Shown here one piece after another: positions 1 to 11,221 of a stretch of DNA of 64,000 nucleotides. Made by a program: the position numbers and the translations under genes. Each line of letters opens with the position of its first letter. Position 1 is the first letter of the stretch. The stretch comes from Podarcis cretensis (taxonomy: Eukaryota): positions 14,694,001 through 14,758,000 of the forward strand of contig OX638149.1 of NCBI GenBank assembly GCA_951804945.1, in the 5' to 3' direction. A model generated the notes under the pieces. It saw only the letters and a program-made list of their open reading frames with translations. It was not told the origin of the DNA and made no database searches.

Positions 1-369
1 GAGAGCCCTGATCTGATTGGGACCATTGTGCATGAGGAGGAGGTTAAACCCCCACCCCTTCCCCCGCTGCGATCATGGAAAAATGAGCTCCTTGCAAAAT
101 AAACAGTGATGGGGGGACAACCTGCCTCAGGCATCAATATAACTTTTTTTTTTACAGGCTAGTTGCAAGAAAGAGAAATGTTAAACCTCTCCCCCTGACA
201 CGTGGGGGTCCCAATCCAGACCACTGCCCCCACCCGGTGCTTGGTTCCAATTTCCTGCTTCAAGCAACGCATCTGGAGTAATGTGCAAGGGAACCATTTA
301 AATCCAAGGAAATGGGAATGTTCACATTAGAATAGCTGTGTGTCCGTCCCCCCCAGCTCCTTTCCTTAC

Positions 370-3300
370 CTGTTGATCTTTTCTTTGGGGATTTCAAACT
401 TCTCATGCGACCAGGCGAAGACATGCCACTTTCGCTCATGGAATCATGCGCCGAGGATGCACTGCCAGTGGCTTCGCTGTCACGGATCATGCTTTCGTAG
501 CCGCTGCTGCCGCCGCTGTGGTAGAAAAGAGCCGTCCGGCCCATTGCTGGGGGCAGCTCCCCACTCAGGACGCTGCTGTTGTCGCTCCCGTGCCCGCTGC
601 TGTAGCGCTGAGGCCGCCTTGGGGCAGTTATCTTGCTGTACGGAGACGGCAGCACCGGGACCTGCGACTTCTCGTCGCTCAGATTAATCCCGCTGTCGTT
701 GCCGCTGTCGGAGTCCGTCGACACCCGGAAGTGGCTCATCTTGACCGAACTGCCCGATGCCAGCTCGTTCACACGGCTGTTGGCTGCCCTGATGGCCTGT
801 TTGGTCCCCATGATGGTTCCTCGACCCGGCTTGCTGCTTACGCCTTGCAGAGACCGCGGCACGGCTTTCCCACTCAAGGGGATGCCGGAGGTCTTCCCAA
901 CGGACGGAGCCAACGATTTCACAGAGGAGCTCAAAGACTTGGACCCGCTGGCCGAAAGGCTGCGGCTCTTATTCCCGTTGGCCGGTGTCTTCTGGCTTGC
1001 GGCACCTTTGGCCTGGCTGTTTTTGCCGGGCAAAGGTGTGGTGAGCGATGGAGGCGATGTCAAGCCAGAAGGGACAGGGGGAACTCCAAGCCTTGGAACC
1101 ATCCGGCCATTCCTGCCATTCCCAATGCTGCCATTTTCCCTACTCAGGTTGGCTTTTGATCCGACTGACGTCAGGCTGTCGCACCTCTCGAGGGACATGT
1201 GGCTCCCATATCGATGGACAGCTTCATTTTTGGATGCCTTTGCCTTCAAACTAGATGTCGCTTTGGGCAAGGAGTGGTCTGCCTTAAGGTTGCCTCTGCC
1301 GCCACTGTTTTCGGTAGCGCACAACCCAGCTCTTAATCGCAAATCAAACTCGTCCTCGTTCTTCGATGTAGTGGCCTTCCCCCCACTGTTCTGTATCCCG
1401 CCATTTTTCTGCTCGAGGCTTGATTTACGCACGGGGGGTGCTGGAGGTATTGTCCCACTTGGCCTGGGCAACATGCTGGATTTTTGCTGTAGGGTTTTCT
1501 TTTTCAGGCTTCCGGTGGCAAAAACAGCTTCACAACTTCCCCTGCTCATAGCTTCTGCAGCCGCACCGCTGCTGTGCGACACAGGAACCACACCCAGTGT
1601 TGTAGCACCTCTCCTGAGCTGCGGCATTTTTGTGACGGCATCGGGTTTTTTAGCCGCTCCGCTGGACGTTTTGCAGGCCATTTCACAACCATCGACAACC
1701 CTCTGTGAACAAGCAAGCATTGTCTGGGATTTTGTTGGCCTAGCTGTGCCATCTAAATGTTGGGCAGTCTTCGCCGACTGCTTCTCAGCGCTGAACATGG
1801 GAGAGTTTGGAGATATCAGCGAGTCTGCTTCCAAATGATCACCAGTACGAACCAGCCAGGGGTCTTCAAACATCACACGTGGTTTCTGCAGTTCCTTACA
1901 GCTGAGGGTGCTGTTGTTGTGGGTTGGGGATGAGGTAGCTTTTGTTCTCCGGGGAAGACTGGAGTGTATCGTTTCTATCACCATTGTGTTTTGAGAGCTG
2001 GAAGGCTTAGCATACGCTGGCTGGTCGGTGATGCAAAGAGCACTTTCTGTCTGAGATGCTTTGGTTACATCGCAGTTCTGAGGACTCCTGTTGACCCCTG
2101 GTGATGCTCTGATGGAAATCATGCTCTTGCTCTCCGGTTCCGAAAAGCAGAAGCCACTGTCGTTTAGGGCGGCTTGCAAGGGAACAGGAGCGTTGGGAGA
2201 ACCCATGATAAAGGGCTCCTCAGACTTGCTGCAGCTGTAAGAGGACTGAGCAAGAAAACCATCGCCGGACCGGCAGCCATCGCTCTCAATCGTACAGATG
2301 CTGACTTCGCTTAGCCACGAGCTGATGGAGGAACGTCTGCTACTGCTCGAGAACGGGTCTTCAGCAAAAGGCACGACGATATCAATGTTGACACCGGTGG
2401 CACTTGCCTGGGAGGTATAAGCATCAAACTCATCATTTATACTGCTGATGATACTAACTGGCCTGGATCCAGAGGCAAGGGCCTGCAGGGAGCAGTCGCT
2501 GTTGAAGCTGATGATGCTGGCAGGCCTCCCGTTATCCAAGATCCCACTGATGGACAACTCCTCAACAACCGTGAAGACAAGCTCATCTTCGCCATTGAGC
2601 TCCACAGGCTGCTGCAACGTCACCGTCGTCGTCAGGATATCCCGGTCGAAGCACTTGCTTCGGAAAGATGACCGGAACCTATGGACCTCTATGCCATCTC
2701 CTTGGTGCTCTGTGTTGCTAGTTGCCGAAAATGTGCTTCCTTCAGGGTTAGATTCAGATTCGCTACCCACTTGCTTGCTCATTCCCACGGGAGGCGTCCT
2801 GATTGCGTTACAGTGGTCAAACTTCAGGTACGTTTGCTTGGTCCTCATTGGAGACTCCTGCTGCTGCTGCTGCTGAGGGGGTGGGGGTGCAGGGCTGGGC
2901 AACGGCCTCTTGGCATACAAAGATTTCTCTTTCACAACCGGCTCAGCGACGGCTTGGCTTGGCTCTTGATCCTTAGCAGTATTACATGCCGGCAACTTAT
3001 AGGAGTCCTCCTTCTCTCCGTCTGAGTCCGCTCTCTTGCCTTCAGGCTTGGCTTGCTGTTTGGCGTGTTCCATCTTCGCGGGAGGGGCCTTCTTCTCAGG
3101 GCAGCTGCCATTGCGCTGGAAGTAAAGGCTGTGTCCTTTTTTGGGAGGCCCCGTTTCCTGCAATGCTGGTTTTTTAAACCCCCCAGGAGGAGACGGTGGT
3201 TTTGGTTTGGACTGTTCGCTTTCTGTACTCACCAGGATGGTGCCGCTGCAAGACGTGCCGGGAGCTTCCCCACCAAGGAACTTGGCAGGCTCTTCGCTTC

Positions 3301-3679
3301 CGTCGATGCATTCCAGCCGCTCCTGCAGCTCTGCGAAAGTGTTGCACTTAAAAAGGTCTTTGTCGGAGCTCTTTGTGAGGCCAGGGGTGTCCTTGTTTCT
3401 TTTCTTGTTCAGGGAAGGGATGATGGGAACAAACTCTGGGGGGCCTTCGTTATCTGTCAGCTCCCGGTCCGACAAAGCTGCACCGTTGGGACCCACGTAG
3501 ATGACTGTGTCGCAGGACTGTTCGCTGCTTGAGGAATAATCAGTCTCATTGGAAAGGTTCAGCACAGGAATGTCAGGGTCAAGAGCTACAGTCCTTGGAT
3601 GAAATGGCCTCAGGTGAGGAGGTCTTCGTATGTGTCCCTCTTCACATGAGCTTTCTCCTCCAGAAGAGCTGGATGCATA
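370..3679 (-). CDS. KIF26A: KIF26A large coding exon (3310 bp; probably the orthologue of mammalian exon 12), post-motor Ser/Pro-rich tail
   Basis: Acceptor ttgacAG|TATGCATCC at 3679 and donor TCAACAG|GTAAGG at 370. Translates YASSSSGGESSCEEGHIRRPPHLRPFHPRTVALDPD...TFAELQERLECIDGSEEP...QLRRGATTLGV...GRGTIMGTKQAIRAANSRV...RRPQRYSSGHGSDNSSVLSGELPPAMGRTALF...SLKSPKKRSTG. The motifs RRPPHLRPFHPRTVALDPD and GRGTIMGTKQA favour KIF26A over KIF26B (recalled sequences). Confidence 0.95.
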
Positions 3680-4539
3680 CTGTCAATTGCACAAAACAAT
3701 AAAATGCATTTTTTCGCATTAAATGCATTAAGTAGGGTGAGAGGCAGGTATATCCCTCCCACCCAGTGGCATTTGCAGTTCCACACCCCAAATCTTATTC
3801 TCTACTATAATTATGAGCAACATTTATAAATAGTCACGCTACAGAAAATTTGTTTGGCTCCCTGCAACAGATTTAGAGCACTTGGTCCATTCAAGCAACG
3901 CAGAAACTGTAGCCGCCCACAACTGAAAAGACCTTCAGCATTGTTTTGCCACAGCAGGAGCACCGATCCTGGTAACTTCTGGTTTGTTGTTGTTGTGTTA
4001 ACTAAGAAGTTCTCTGATTATGATGCTATATCATCTTGTTGTGTCCTATTGTTATTATTTATAGTCTGCCTTTTTCCCAGAGCAGGACTCAAGGCGGCTT
4101 ATGGATAGAATACCGAGGGAACTTCAGGGGATGTTAGAGGCAGCCTCCTGGGAGCAGAAGTGGCGGTAAAGTTTCCCATCCCTTTGAAAAGCCCTCAAGT
4201 GCACCCACCTACTGCCTACAAAAGGGACGGCAAAGTTCAGTGGGGAACATTTCATAGCACCTGCATATGCAATCCCAATATCTGATTTGCTTCTGTGCTG
4301 CTACCTTCTGAGTAGTGATTTTATTGCTGGGACAGACACTGAGTTACTGCATTTTAAAAAAATAAAAAAGCACTCGTTGCTTTGCAGCTTGTATCAGGCA
4401 AGTAAGATACATGAGTTAATGCTTGACACAGACTCAGGGCATGGTGCTGCCACAAACCATCTCCACTCTTTAGAGGTGTAAAAACAGCAGACATTATCCC
4501 TGGGTCAAGTATGGCAACCTAGACTTATATAGTTTACCA

Positions 4540-4670
4540 CACTGTTCTTCAACCCTTGGTCTCCAGAAGTTGTTGGACTACAACTCCCATCATCCTTAGC
4601 AAGCTAAGCCAATAGTCAGGGGAAATGGGACCTGCAGTCTAACACACGGGGACCTAGGTTGAGGAATTCT
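4540..4670. mobile_element. Degraded palindromic hAT-like MITE
   Basis: Shares the GGACTACAACTCCCATCATCC core with the MITEs at 11086, 36842 and 54374; ends eroded. Confidence 0.6.
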
Positions 4671-4715
4671 GAGGTAGAGGAGAGAACTCTTGCTTCACTG
4701 GTTTTGCGCACCAAC

Positions 4716-4878
4716 CTTGGATTTCTTCTTCCTCATCCTATGGATACGGGAGGCAAGCTGGATTGTTGTGAGACTTTCTGCATAATTAGCCGGGGAATCC
4801 GATATGTGAGCTAGCATGGTCGTCCTGCAGTTGATGTTCCCGAGCGATTCTCTCAGCAGCATGGTCAGTTTGTTGTCC
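4716..4878 (-). CDS. KIF26A: KIF26A exon (163 bp), end of motor domain
   Basis: ttccccAG|GGACAAC ... AAATCCAAG|GTTGGT; encodes (K)[54 protein letters not shown]; phase 2 in, phase 0 out, matching both neighbours. Confidence 0.95.
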
Positions 4879-5174
4879 CTGGGGAACACGAGAGAAACAC
4901 AAATAAAAACATGAGAAAAGCTTTACTGGAGCAGACCAAAGGCCTGTCTAGTCCAGCACCCTATCCTTACAATTCTTTCCTTAGGCTTTCTAAGCACCAC
5001 TTGTAGTTTATTCACTTGTGTTTGTTTTCTAAGGTTATATGCGAGTGTGAGACTTTCCATGCATGAGCCATCTCATGCTCACGTATAACCTTCAAGGAGA
5101 GGAAAGCAATCCAGCCCAATTTTGCAATAAAATAAAAATAGCATGCGCCTTATTGTGCTATTCTCTTTTTTCCC

Positions 5175-5468
5175 TTCTTTGAAATAATTTTTATTTGGTT
5201 TTACAAGTATAAAACTGTAACAATACAATCATACACATCCACATTTACAGATTCCTCCAAATCTCTTGACTTCCCACCTCCCCTCCATGGGTCCTATTAT
5301 TAAACCTTTTCTACTGCACCTTTCCCAATAATCTGTATTTTGTATAACTCCATTGTCTCCATAGTACTTGCTACATTACAAGCGTTATTGTAAGCCTGCT
5401 AATGTTTTCATTTGCTTCTAGCGGTCTCCAAGATAAATTATGATTTTTTTCCATTCTTTGTTAAGACC
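5175..5468 (-). mobile_element. L1/Tx1-like 3' fragment
   Basis: Minus strand reads a decayed ORF2 end (KEWKKIIIYL...KQMKTLAGLQ*), then a GT-rich 3' UTR ending in AATAAA and an A-rich tail. Confidence 0.55.
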
Positions 5469-5784
5469 AGTGCTATTTTCACACTGCTTTCATACTAAAA
5501 GGAACAAAACAACGCTGGCCTTACAAGAGACTTGGGGGAAAGGCTTTCTTGGGGGGTCGGGGGAAAGAACTAACAGGAAGCAGCTACATGTGGACATTAT
5601 CCGGACACAGCGGAATCCTTTCTGATTGCTTGGAGAAGGAAGTAATTAAATCTGGGGCTGTAACGTCCAACAGTGTAACACCTTTAAGGCACCAACTGAC
5701 CTGGACTATAGGTAGGTGATAAGGCTTTGAAAAGCAATCTGAAAATCAGGTCAGAGGCCACGAGTTTCACATGGGTAGAACAGT

Positions 5785-6128
5785 TACTGAATTGCAACTT
5801 ATTACCAAACTTAAAACCATGGAGAGACCTGGTCTGAACAAAGACATTGGATTCTTATCTCATTATACATGGCAAAGCCATTTTTCACCTTCTCACCCCT
5901 GTAAGAGTCGTTAAGAGTCGTCAACAGGCTCATCACAGCTATCGGCCTATCACCCATTCCCACCACCCTTCTGAGTAATACCCCTCCCCACCTTCTCACT
6001 ATATAGAAAGGTCTGGTGACTTCTGTTTCAGTGTATCTGAAGAAGTGTGCATGCACACGAAAGCTCATACCAAGAACTAACTTAGTTGGTCTTTAAGGTG
6101 CTACTGGAAGGATTTTTTTTATTTTGTT
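5785..6128 (+). mobile_element. Penelope-like element, 3' fragment (GIY-YIG C-terminus plus pseudo-LTR)
   Basis: From 5789 it translates ELQLITKLKTMERPGLNKDIGFLSHYT, resembling the PLE endonuclease C-terminus. The pLTR carries TATATA (6000-6005) and a hammerhead motif. A 14-bp TSD with one mismatch flanks it: ATGGGTAGAACAGT (5771-5784) and ATGGGTAAAACAGT (6129-6142). Confidence 0.85.
6033..6070 (+). ncRNA. Minimal type I hammerhead ribozyme (PLE-associated)
   Basis: GTAT-CTGAAGA-A-GTGTG CATG CACAC-GAAA-G-CTC-ATAC: helix I GTAT/ATAC, CUGANGA and GAAA core boxes, 5-6 bp helix II, very short palindromic helix III (AGCT); predicted cleavage after C6066. Confidence 0.8.
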
Positions 6129-6150
6129 ATGGGTAAAACAGTGCACTTAC

Positions 6151-6310
6151 TTGTAGGGCACATGTTTGGCATCGTTGATTAAGGCCAGAATGACACTGCC
6201 CAAGGCGGAGAGAGACAGGCAGAAGGAGCCCCCTCCATCTCGACTCTTGCTTAGAACCTTCTCACAGCTTCCCAGGTCAATGAGATGTAAACGGCTGCGT
6301 CCGCCTGACA
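6151..6310 (-). CDS. KIF26A: KIF26A exon (160 bp), switch II region; coding frame not in ORF track
   Basis: gcttttcAG|TGTCAGGC ... CCCTACAA|GTAAGT; encodes (M)[52 protein letters not shown](K). Confidence 0.95.
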
Positions 6311-6359
6311 CTGAAAAGCAACAGCAACACTACTTACACAATGCTCGCTGATCCAACCC

Positions 6360-6443
6360 TGGCTGGAATGGCAGATAATCATCTAGTCCAACCCCCCGCA
6401 ATGCAGGAATCTCAGCTGAAGCATCCATGACAGATGGCCATCC
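6360..6443 (-). mobile_element. CR1 3' UTR fragment
   Basis: ATCATCTAGTCCAACCCCCCGCAATGCAGGAATCTCAGCTGAAGCATCCATGACAGATGGCCATCC is the reverse complement of the CR1 tail at about 51485-51550. Confidence 0.7.
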
Positions 6444-6629
6444 GTCATGGAATTAAATGGTGATGGGTAGATGGATGTAAAGCTTCAGTGAACAGGCAAA
6501 ATTAGCTGACCAATGCACCAAATTCTATGGGCAGTCGGTATTTAAGTCACGGCTCCCAAAGAACTCGGCTTACTTTCATACAGCATGAACCAACTTGAAA
6601 AGGCGCAAGGATATGTCAAAGGGAAGAGC

Positions 6630-6726
6630 TTGTTAGCCGCCCTGAGCCCGGCTTCGGCTGGGGAGGGCGGGATATAAATAAAATTATTTATTATTATTAT
6701 TGTTGTTGTTGTTGTTGTTGTTGTTG
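6630..6726 (+). mobile_element. L2 3' terminal fragment with (TTA)n/(TTG)n tail
   Basis: Near-identical to the L2 end at 51230-51284 (GTTAGCCGCCCTGAGCCCGGCTTCGGCTGGGGAGGGCGGGATATAAATAAAAT). Confidence 0.75.
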
Positions 6727-6912
6727 AAAGAAAGGGATAGAACTTCCTTCAAAATCCCAATGGCCAAGCAGATGGGACTGTCTGCAAAGGCGTACAATTG
6801 CCCCAACCCAGCAAAATGAATTCTTGGCTAATATTAACCCGGCTCCACATGGATTCACTCTTCTAAAATAAGTGAAGGCAGTACGAATTAAATGTGAGAC
6901 AGATCAACGTAC

Positions 6913-7096
6913 TTCCGCCTTTTCCTCCTTTCTCCATGCGATACTGATAGATGTGGAGGGTGAAGAGCATGTGCGAATTCCTCCGATCCTCTTCGTTGCA
7001 CTCGGGTTTGCTCGTACTCCTGGCTGCCAGGGCTGCGTCAAGGAAGAAAGCAGCCTTCTCTGCTGTTGGGGCCCTTAATTCGCTTTGATTTTGAAG
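6913..7096 (-). CDS. KIF26A: KIF26A exon (184 bp), switch I region
   Basis: atattccAG|CTTCAAAAT ... GGCGGAA|GTACGT; encodes [61 protein letters not shown]. Confidence 0.95.
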
Positions 7097-7365
7097 CTGG
7101 AATATAAACAAGAAAACGACTAATTAAGACGGGGTAACTGATCCCCCCCTCTCTGAACAGAGCAAGCCTCAAGGGTGCTAACGGAAACAAATATGTACAC
7201 TCTGGGATTAGGGATTAAAAATGGGAAAAAAAGCAATTAAAAAGTATTGTCTTTAAAATTGGTGAGAATTGTTGTCAGATCAAAGGAATTCATAAAAACA
7301 TTTATATAAATAAACCAGGGAACAAGGGTAAACCAGAATTTCAAAACTGCCCTGAGATCACATAC

Positions 7366-7628
7366 CTGAGTTCCGCATATCGGATCCTCGCGCAGATAGA
7401 CCCCTGGGGATTGCCCGTCCTGCAGGCTGCCGGTGGCTACTTCAGCTAACAAATCCTGAAGGTTTTCATCTTTCCCACTGATCTCCACAGCAGACACGCG
7501 AATGGAGAAACGAGTGCCGGTCTTCTCCTTCCGCTCGTTGATTAGTTTGAAGAGCCACGAGATGGCACAGGGAACAATGCCGAGACTTTGGGTGGAGTTA
7601 TCCTTTCCAATCATCGTGTAGGATTTGC
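7366..7628 (-). CDS. KIF26A: KIF26A exon (263 bp), motor domain
   Basis: cccttccAG|GCAAATCC ... GGAACTCAG|GTATGT; encodes (G)[87 protein letters not shown]. Confidence 0.95.
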
Positions 7629-7931
7629 CTGGAAGGGAAAGCGGAAATTTTATAATCATCAAGCACACAGCGGTAGCCCCGGTGCTGTCTTGCTCTGGAA
7701 GGCAACGGGTGTGCGCATCAGCACTGTTCTTCTTACTGAAGAGAAAGAAGTAGGGGAGGGATGTTCCCCATTTTGCCTCTCTTTGTCCCTGTGTTGTGCT
7801 TCCTGTGTGGCTCATGGCGTAGAGAACCTTAGTCCCAGGGGCCAAATGCCAGGCCTCTCTGTTCACCTATTAAGACTCTACCCATGCCACACACCTCACT
7901 GGCCTTCCTCTGCACCCATAGAGGATGGACA

Positions 7932-7933
7932 AA

Positions 7934-7985
<52 letters not shown>

Positions 7986-8263
7986 TATTTATACCCTGCC
8001 CATCTGGCTGGGTTTCCCCAGCCACTCTGGGTGCCTCCCAACAGAATATTAAAAACACGATAAAACATCAAACATTAAATATGTCCCTAAATGAGGCTGC
8101 CTTCAAATGTCTTCTAAAAGTCAGGTAGTTGTTTATTTCCTTGGCATCTGATGGAAGGGCGTTCCACAGGGCGGACACCACTACCGAGAAGGCCCTCTGA
8201 CTGGTTCCCTGTAACCTCACGTCTCGCAGTGAGGGAACCGCCAGAAGACCCTCAGAGCTCGAC
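7932..8263 (-). mobile_element. L2 3' fragment with (TAA)n tail
   Basis: Encodes SSEGLLAVPSLRDVRLQGTSQRAFSVVVSALWNALPSDAKEINNYLTFRRHLKAASFRDIFNV*; same subfamily as the long L2 at 54851-57656. Confidence 0.88.
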
Positions 8264-9600
8264 ATGCATTCATGTGTCTGTGTGAAGAAACTTACGACTG
8301 ACTGAAATGTCATCAACTATACAAAAGTTAGGACTCCCCTCATTTGTTTTGCCCGCTTTTACCTCAGGCCCTGCTGACCCCTGGCATGCAGCCTCTGGAA
8401 GTCCACCCTCAAGGGAAAGATGGCTGCCTGCCTTCAACACAGCTGCCCGCCCTGTCAATTACTGTGCTGATGGGGGAGGGAACGAGGCGACATCACTCAA
8501 GATGCCTCAAGGAACACTGTGAGGTGAAATGATTTTCCCCTCATTGAACCTGGAAATGGAGGCCCAGAGTCTGAAGTATTTCTCCGCTTTGTGGTGATCG
8601 GGGGTTGACCGTGAACTCCACAACCCATAACTATATCGCCCATGCAGCTCTCTGCAGCTGATGGATTGGCAGTCGGCCGTAAGAAGAAACCATCTGTCTT
8701 TCAGGAATCAGAAAAAAATACCCCTATTTGAACATGCCCTTATATAAGGGTGGTGCAATGTGTGGCCCTCAAAGCCTTTTTCGGTTGTCTTTGGCAACAT
8801 TTGAGGCCCCTGTGTGCCCTGACAGGGTCTAAGAGTGCTCCCCTTTCCTTTCCTTTCCAAAGGCTAGTTGGAGCTTTGCCTGTTTTTTGAGAAGGACGCG
8901 TGAGGGCTCTAGGACACTGCCAGAGCCTTGCACCTACTTCCTAAAGCTGAGCGCCTAGCTTAGCCAGCTTTGGGCAGGCAACCTGAGGGCTGGGCAGGGA
9001 TGTCAAATTTTGGCCTCACTTCCCTCCAACCTCACGTGTGCATGACAAGACAGTGTGCGGTCCACTGGTTCCATGCTAAAAGTACTCTAGTAGCCCACTT
9101 GGTATAAAAGGTTGGGCCACTCTACCTTGGATTGTAGATAACTCCAAACACAGAGACAATGGGAGAAAACAGATGTAAAAAGTACCTTTTGCATATGTCA
9201 TTATTAATCCTTAGGTATTAAACTCAATTAATTTCTCCCAGTCTTGGCTAACTCCCCCCCCCCAGCCAATTAATTTGTTGAAGCCTTATGGATCTTTTGA
9301 TTTTTATCACACCTTTCCCTACCAAAAAAAAGGGAAAAAAAGCTGTTCCTGAAGCAACGAGTGTGTATGTTTTCGTGTGTGTGGCTGAATTTTCCCTCTC
9401 CCCCCCCCCCCACCAATGGATTGAAAAAGTGGGGGGAACCTTAAGGTCCCAATGCAAAAATAAAGCAGGAGAAGTTTGCAAAGCTAATTAAAAAGAAATT
9501 CTAATCTGTTCATATACTCCAGGTTTATTGTTCCAAGGGCTGACAGCATGTAATTACCAGACTGACATAGTAATTAACTGTAATGAATTTGGGAGCTCAC

Positions 9601-9694
9601 CAAGCTTGACATGGCCAAAGCAAAAGATGCAGCCATCTGCACCGTTCACGACAGACTGGATTACTTCTGCGACTGTTCCGGAACAAACCTCAGC
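9601..9694 (-). CDS. KIF26A: KIF26A exon (94 bp), P-loop region; not in ORF track
   Basis: cctttctAG|GCTGAGGTT ... AAGCTTG|GTGAGC; encodes [31 protein letters not shown](G). Confidence 0.95.
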
Positions 9695-11085
9695 CTAGAA
9701 AGGAAGTTGGAAACCCGTCACGGAGCATGTAATCGGCATGTGCTTTCCCATGCCTTTGACACGAGAGAAAAAACCCAAACACAATGTTGTTGCGCATTTC
9801 ATGCCATTAGTCGTATTATTTTAGTGTCTACATCTCATTTTCGCCCCCTCTAATAAAAACTACTATCTAAGCCCACAATAGTTTCGTATCCCATTATCCC
9901 AGCTCCCATGGAGTATCAATTTTATGACCTCGGTAACAAAGGAGATGCTCTCCATCGAAGCGTAGGGCTAATATAATATCTCATCCATGCATTCGCAGTA
10001 ATAAGCAGTGGCTTCACTGCTAAGGAGCTCCACCAGACATTGGCTTAGGGAAGGCGGGGGGACGAGCAGACGGATTCTGGAGCTTCAAATTAAAATTTTG
10101 AAATTTCTCTTGTTTTATCTTAGCTATGGGAACTATAACCATTGGAACCCACGGTGGGGGGAAGCATTTTGGAAAATGCACGGAAATAATGAGAAAGAGG
10201 AAGAATGAGTTACTTGTGCAAACTTTCCCTACACTTTTGGGTCTTGTCTACAGGGGAAGGTGTTTGTGTCATGTCCCCACACCCCCAAAAAATACTCTTA
10301 CTATTGGTCCATATCCAACACAACACAGCCTCCTCTTCTGTCCCCTCCAGCCCCACAACCATGCACCTTCAAGTAAGTTTTGGAGGGTTAGGGCCCCCTC
10401 CAGAGCAGAATTTTGGGGGGTGCAGACAGAACAGGGAATGAAAACCCCAATATGTTGTGTGTGTGAAGCACTGGTTTCCACCTGCTATTATTTGAACTTA
10501 GTTGGTCGCTAGACAGAAAAGTTTCCAAGCAACTTACGAAACTTGTGAGCAATATGGGAAGGGAGTGTGCTATCCCCCCCTGTGGCAGAAATGCACACCT
10601 CACCAGTTCAAACAAGACAGGGGCACAGGGGAAAGAAGTGCAAGTCAAATCACACTTGCTCTCTTACTGCATTCTGGCTTCTACTTTATAGCACATTTTG
10701 CATTACTTCCAGCCTTCCAGAGAAGTTTGGGTTGCCTTGCATTTCCAATCCATTTGCGTGTCGGGATATCAAGTAACATGGCAGAACTAGATGCTCTACT
10801 TTGATGTCTGTCAAACACTAAAGCTTGCCAAATGCTTAACATTTTGAAAAAGTGAGGTTTTGACAGAGCTTCGAAACTGACAGAAATCAGAAGTCTACAG
10901 TATAATCTTTTTGCACCGTTCAAATCCCAAATTCAAAAAATTAATTCAAGCTTCTTTTCTGGTCTCCACGGCTATGAGAGACATCGGCATACATGGAACC
11001 TGCAGAGGGAGATTTGGGGAGGAGTAAAGCCCATTACCCCTAGTCTCAACCTACTTCTGTCAGACACCCACACTTTTCCTTAGTC

Positions 11086-11221
11086 CAGGCATCCCCAAAC
11101 TCGACCCTCCAGATGTTTTCGGACTACAATTCCCATCATCCCTGACTACTGGTCCTGTTAGCTAGGGATGATAGACGTTGTAGTCCCAAAACATCTGGAG
11201 GGCCAAGTTTGGGGATGCCTG
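11086..11221. mobile_element. Palindromic hAT-type MITE
   Basis: TIR CAGGCATCCCCAAACT ... AGTTTGGGGATGCCTG; the whole element is a near-perfect hairpin; imperfect 8-bp TSD CCTTAGTC/CTTTAGTT. Confidence 0.85.

Noticed and set aside
260-369. C-terminal extension KERSWGG...RCVA of the 1101-aa ORF, and its start at 3565
   Set aside because: The ORF is one internal exon. KIF26 similarity stops at a consensus donor (AG|GTAAGG, 370/369) and begins upstream of the called start, at the acceptor at 3679.
446-3532. Long plus-strand ORFs (401 aa, 237 aa, 159 aa and others)
   Set aside because: Antisense shadows of a GC-rich coding exon, with no recognisable domains.
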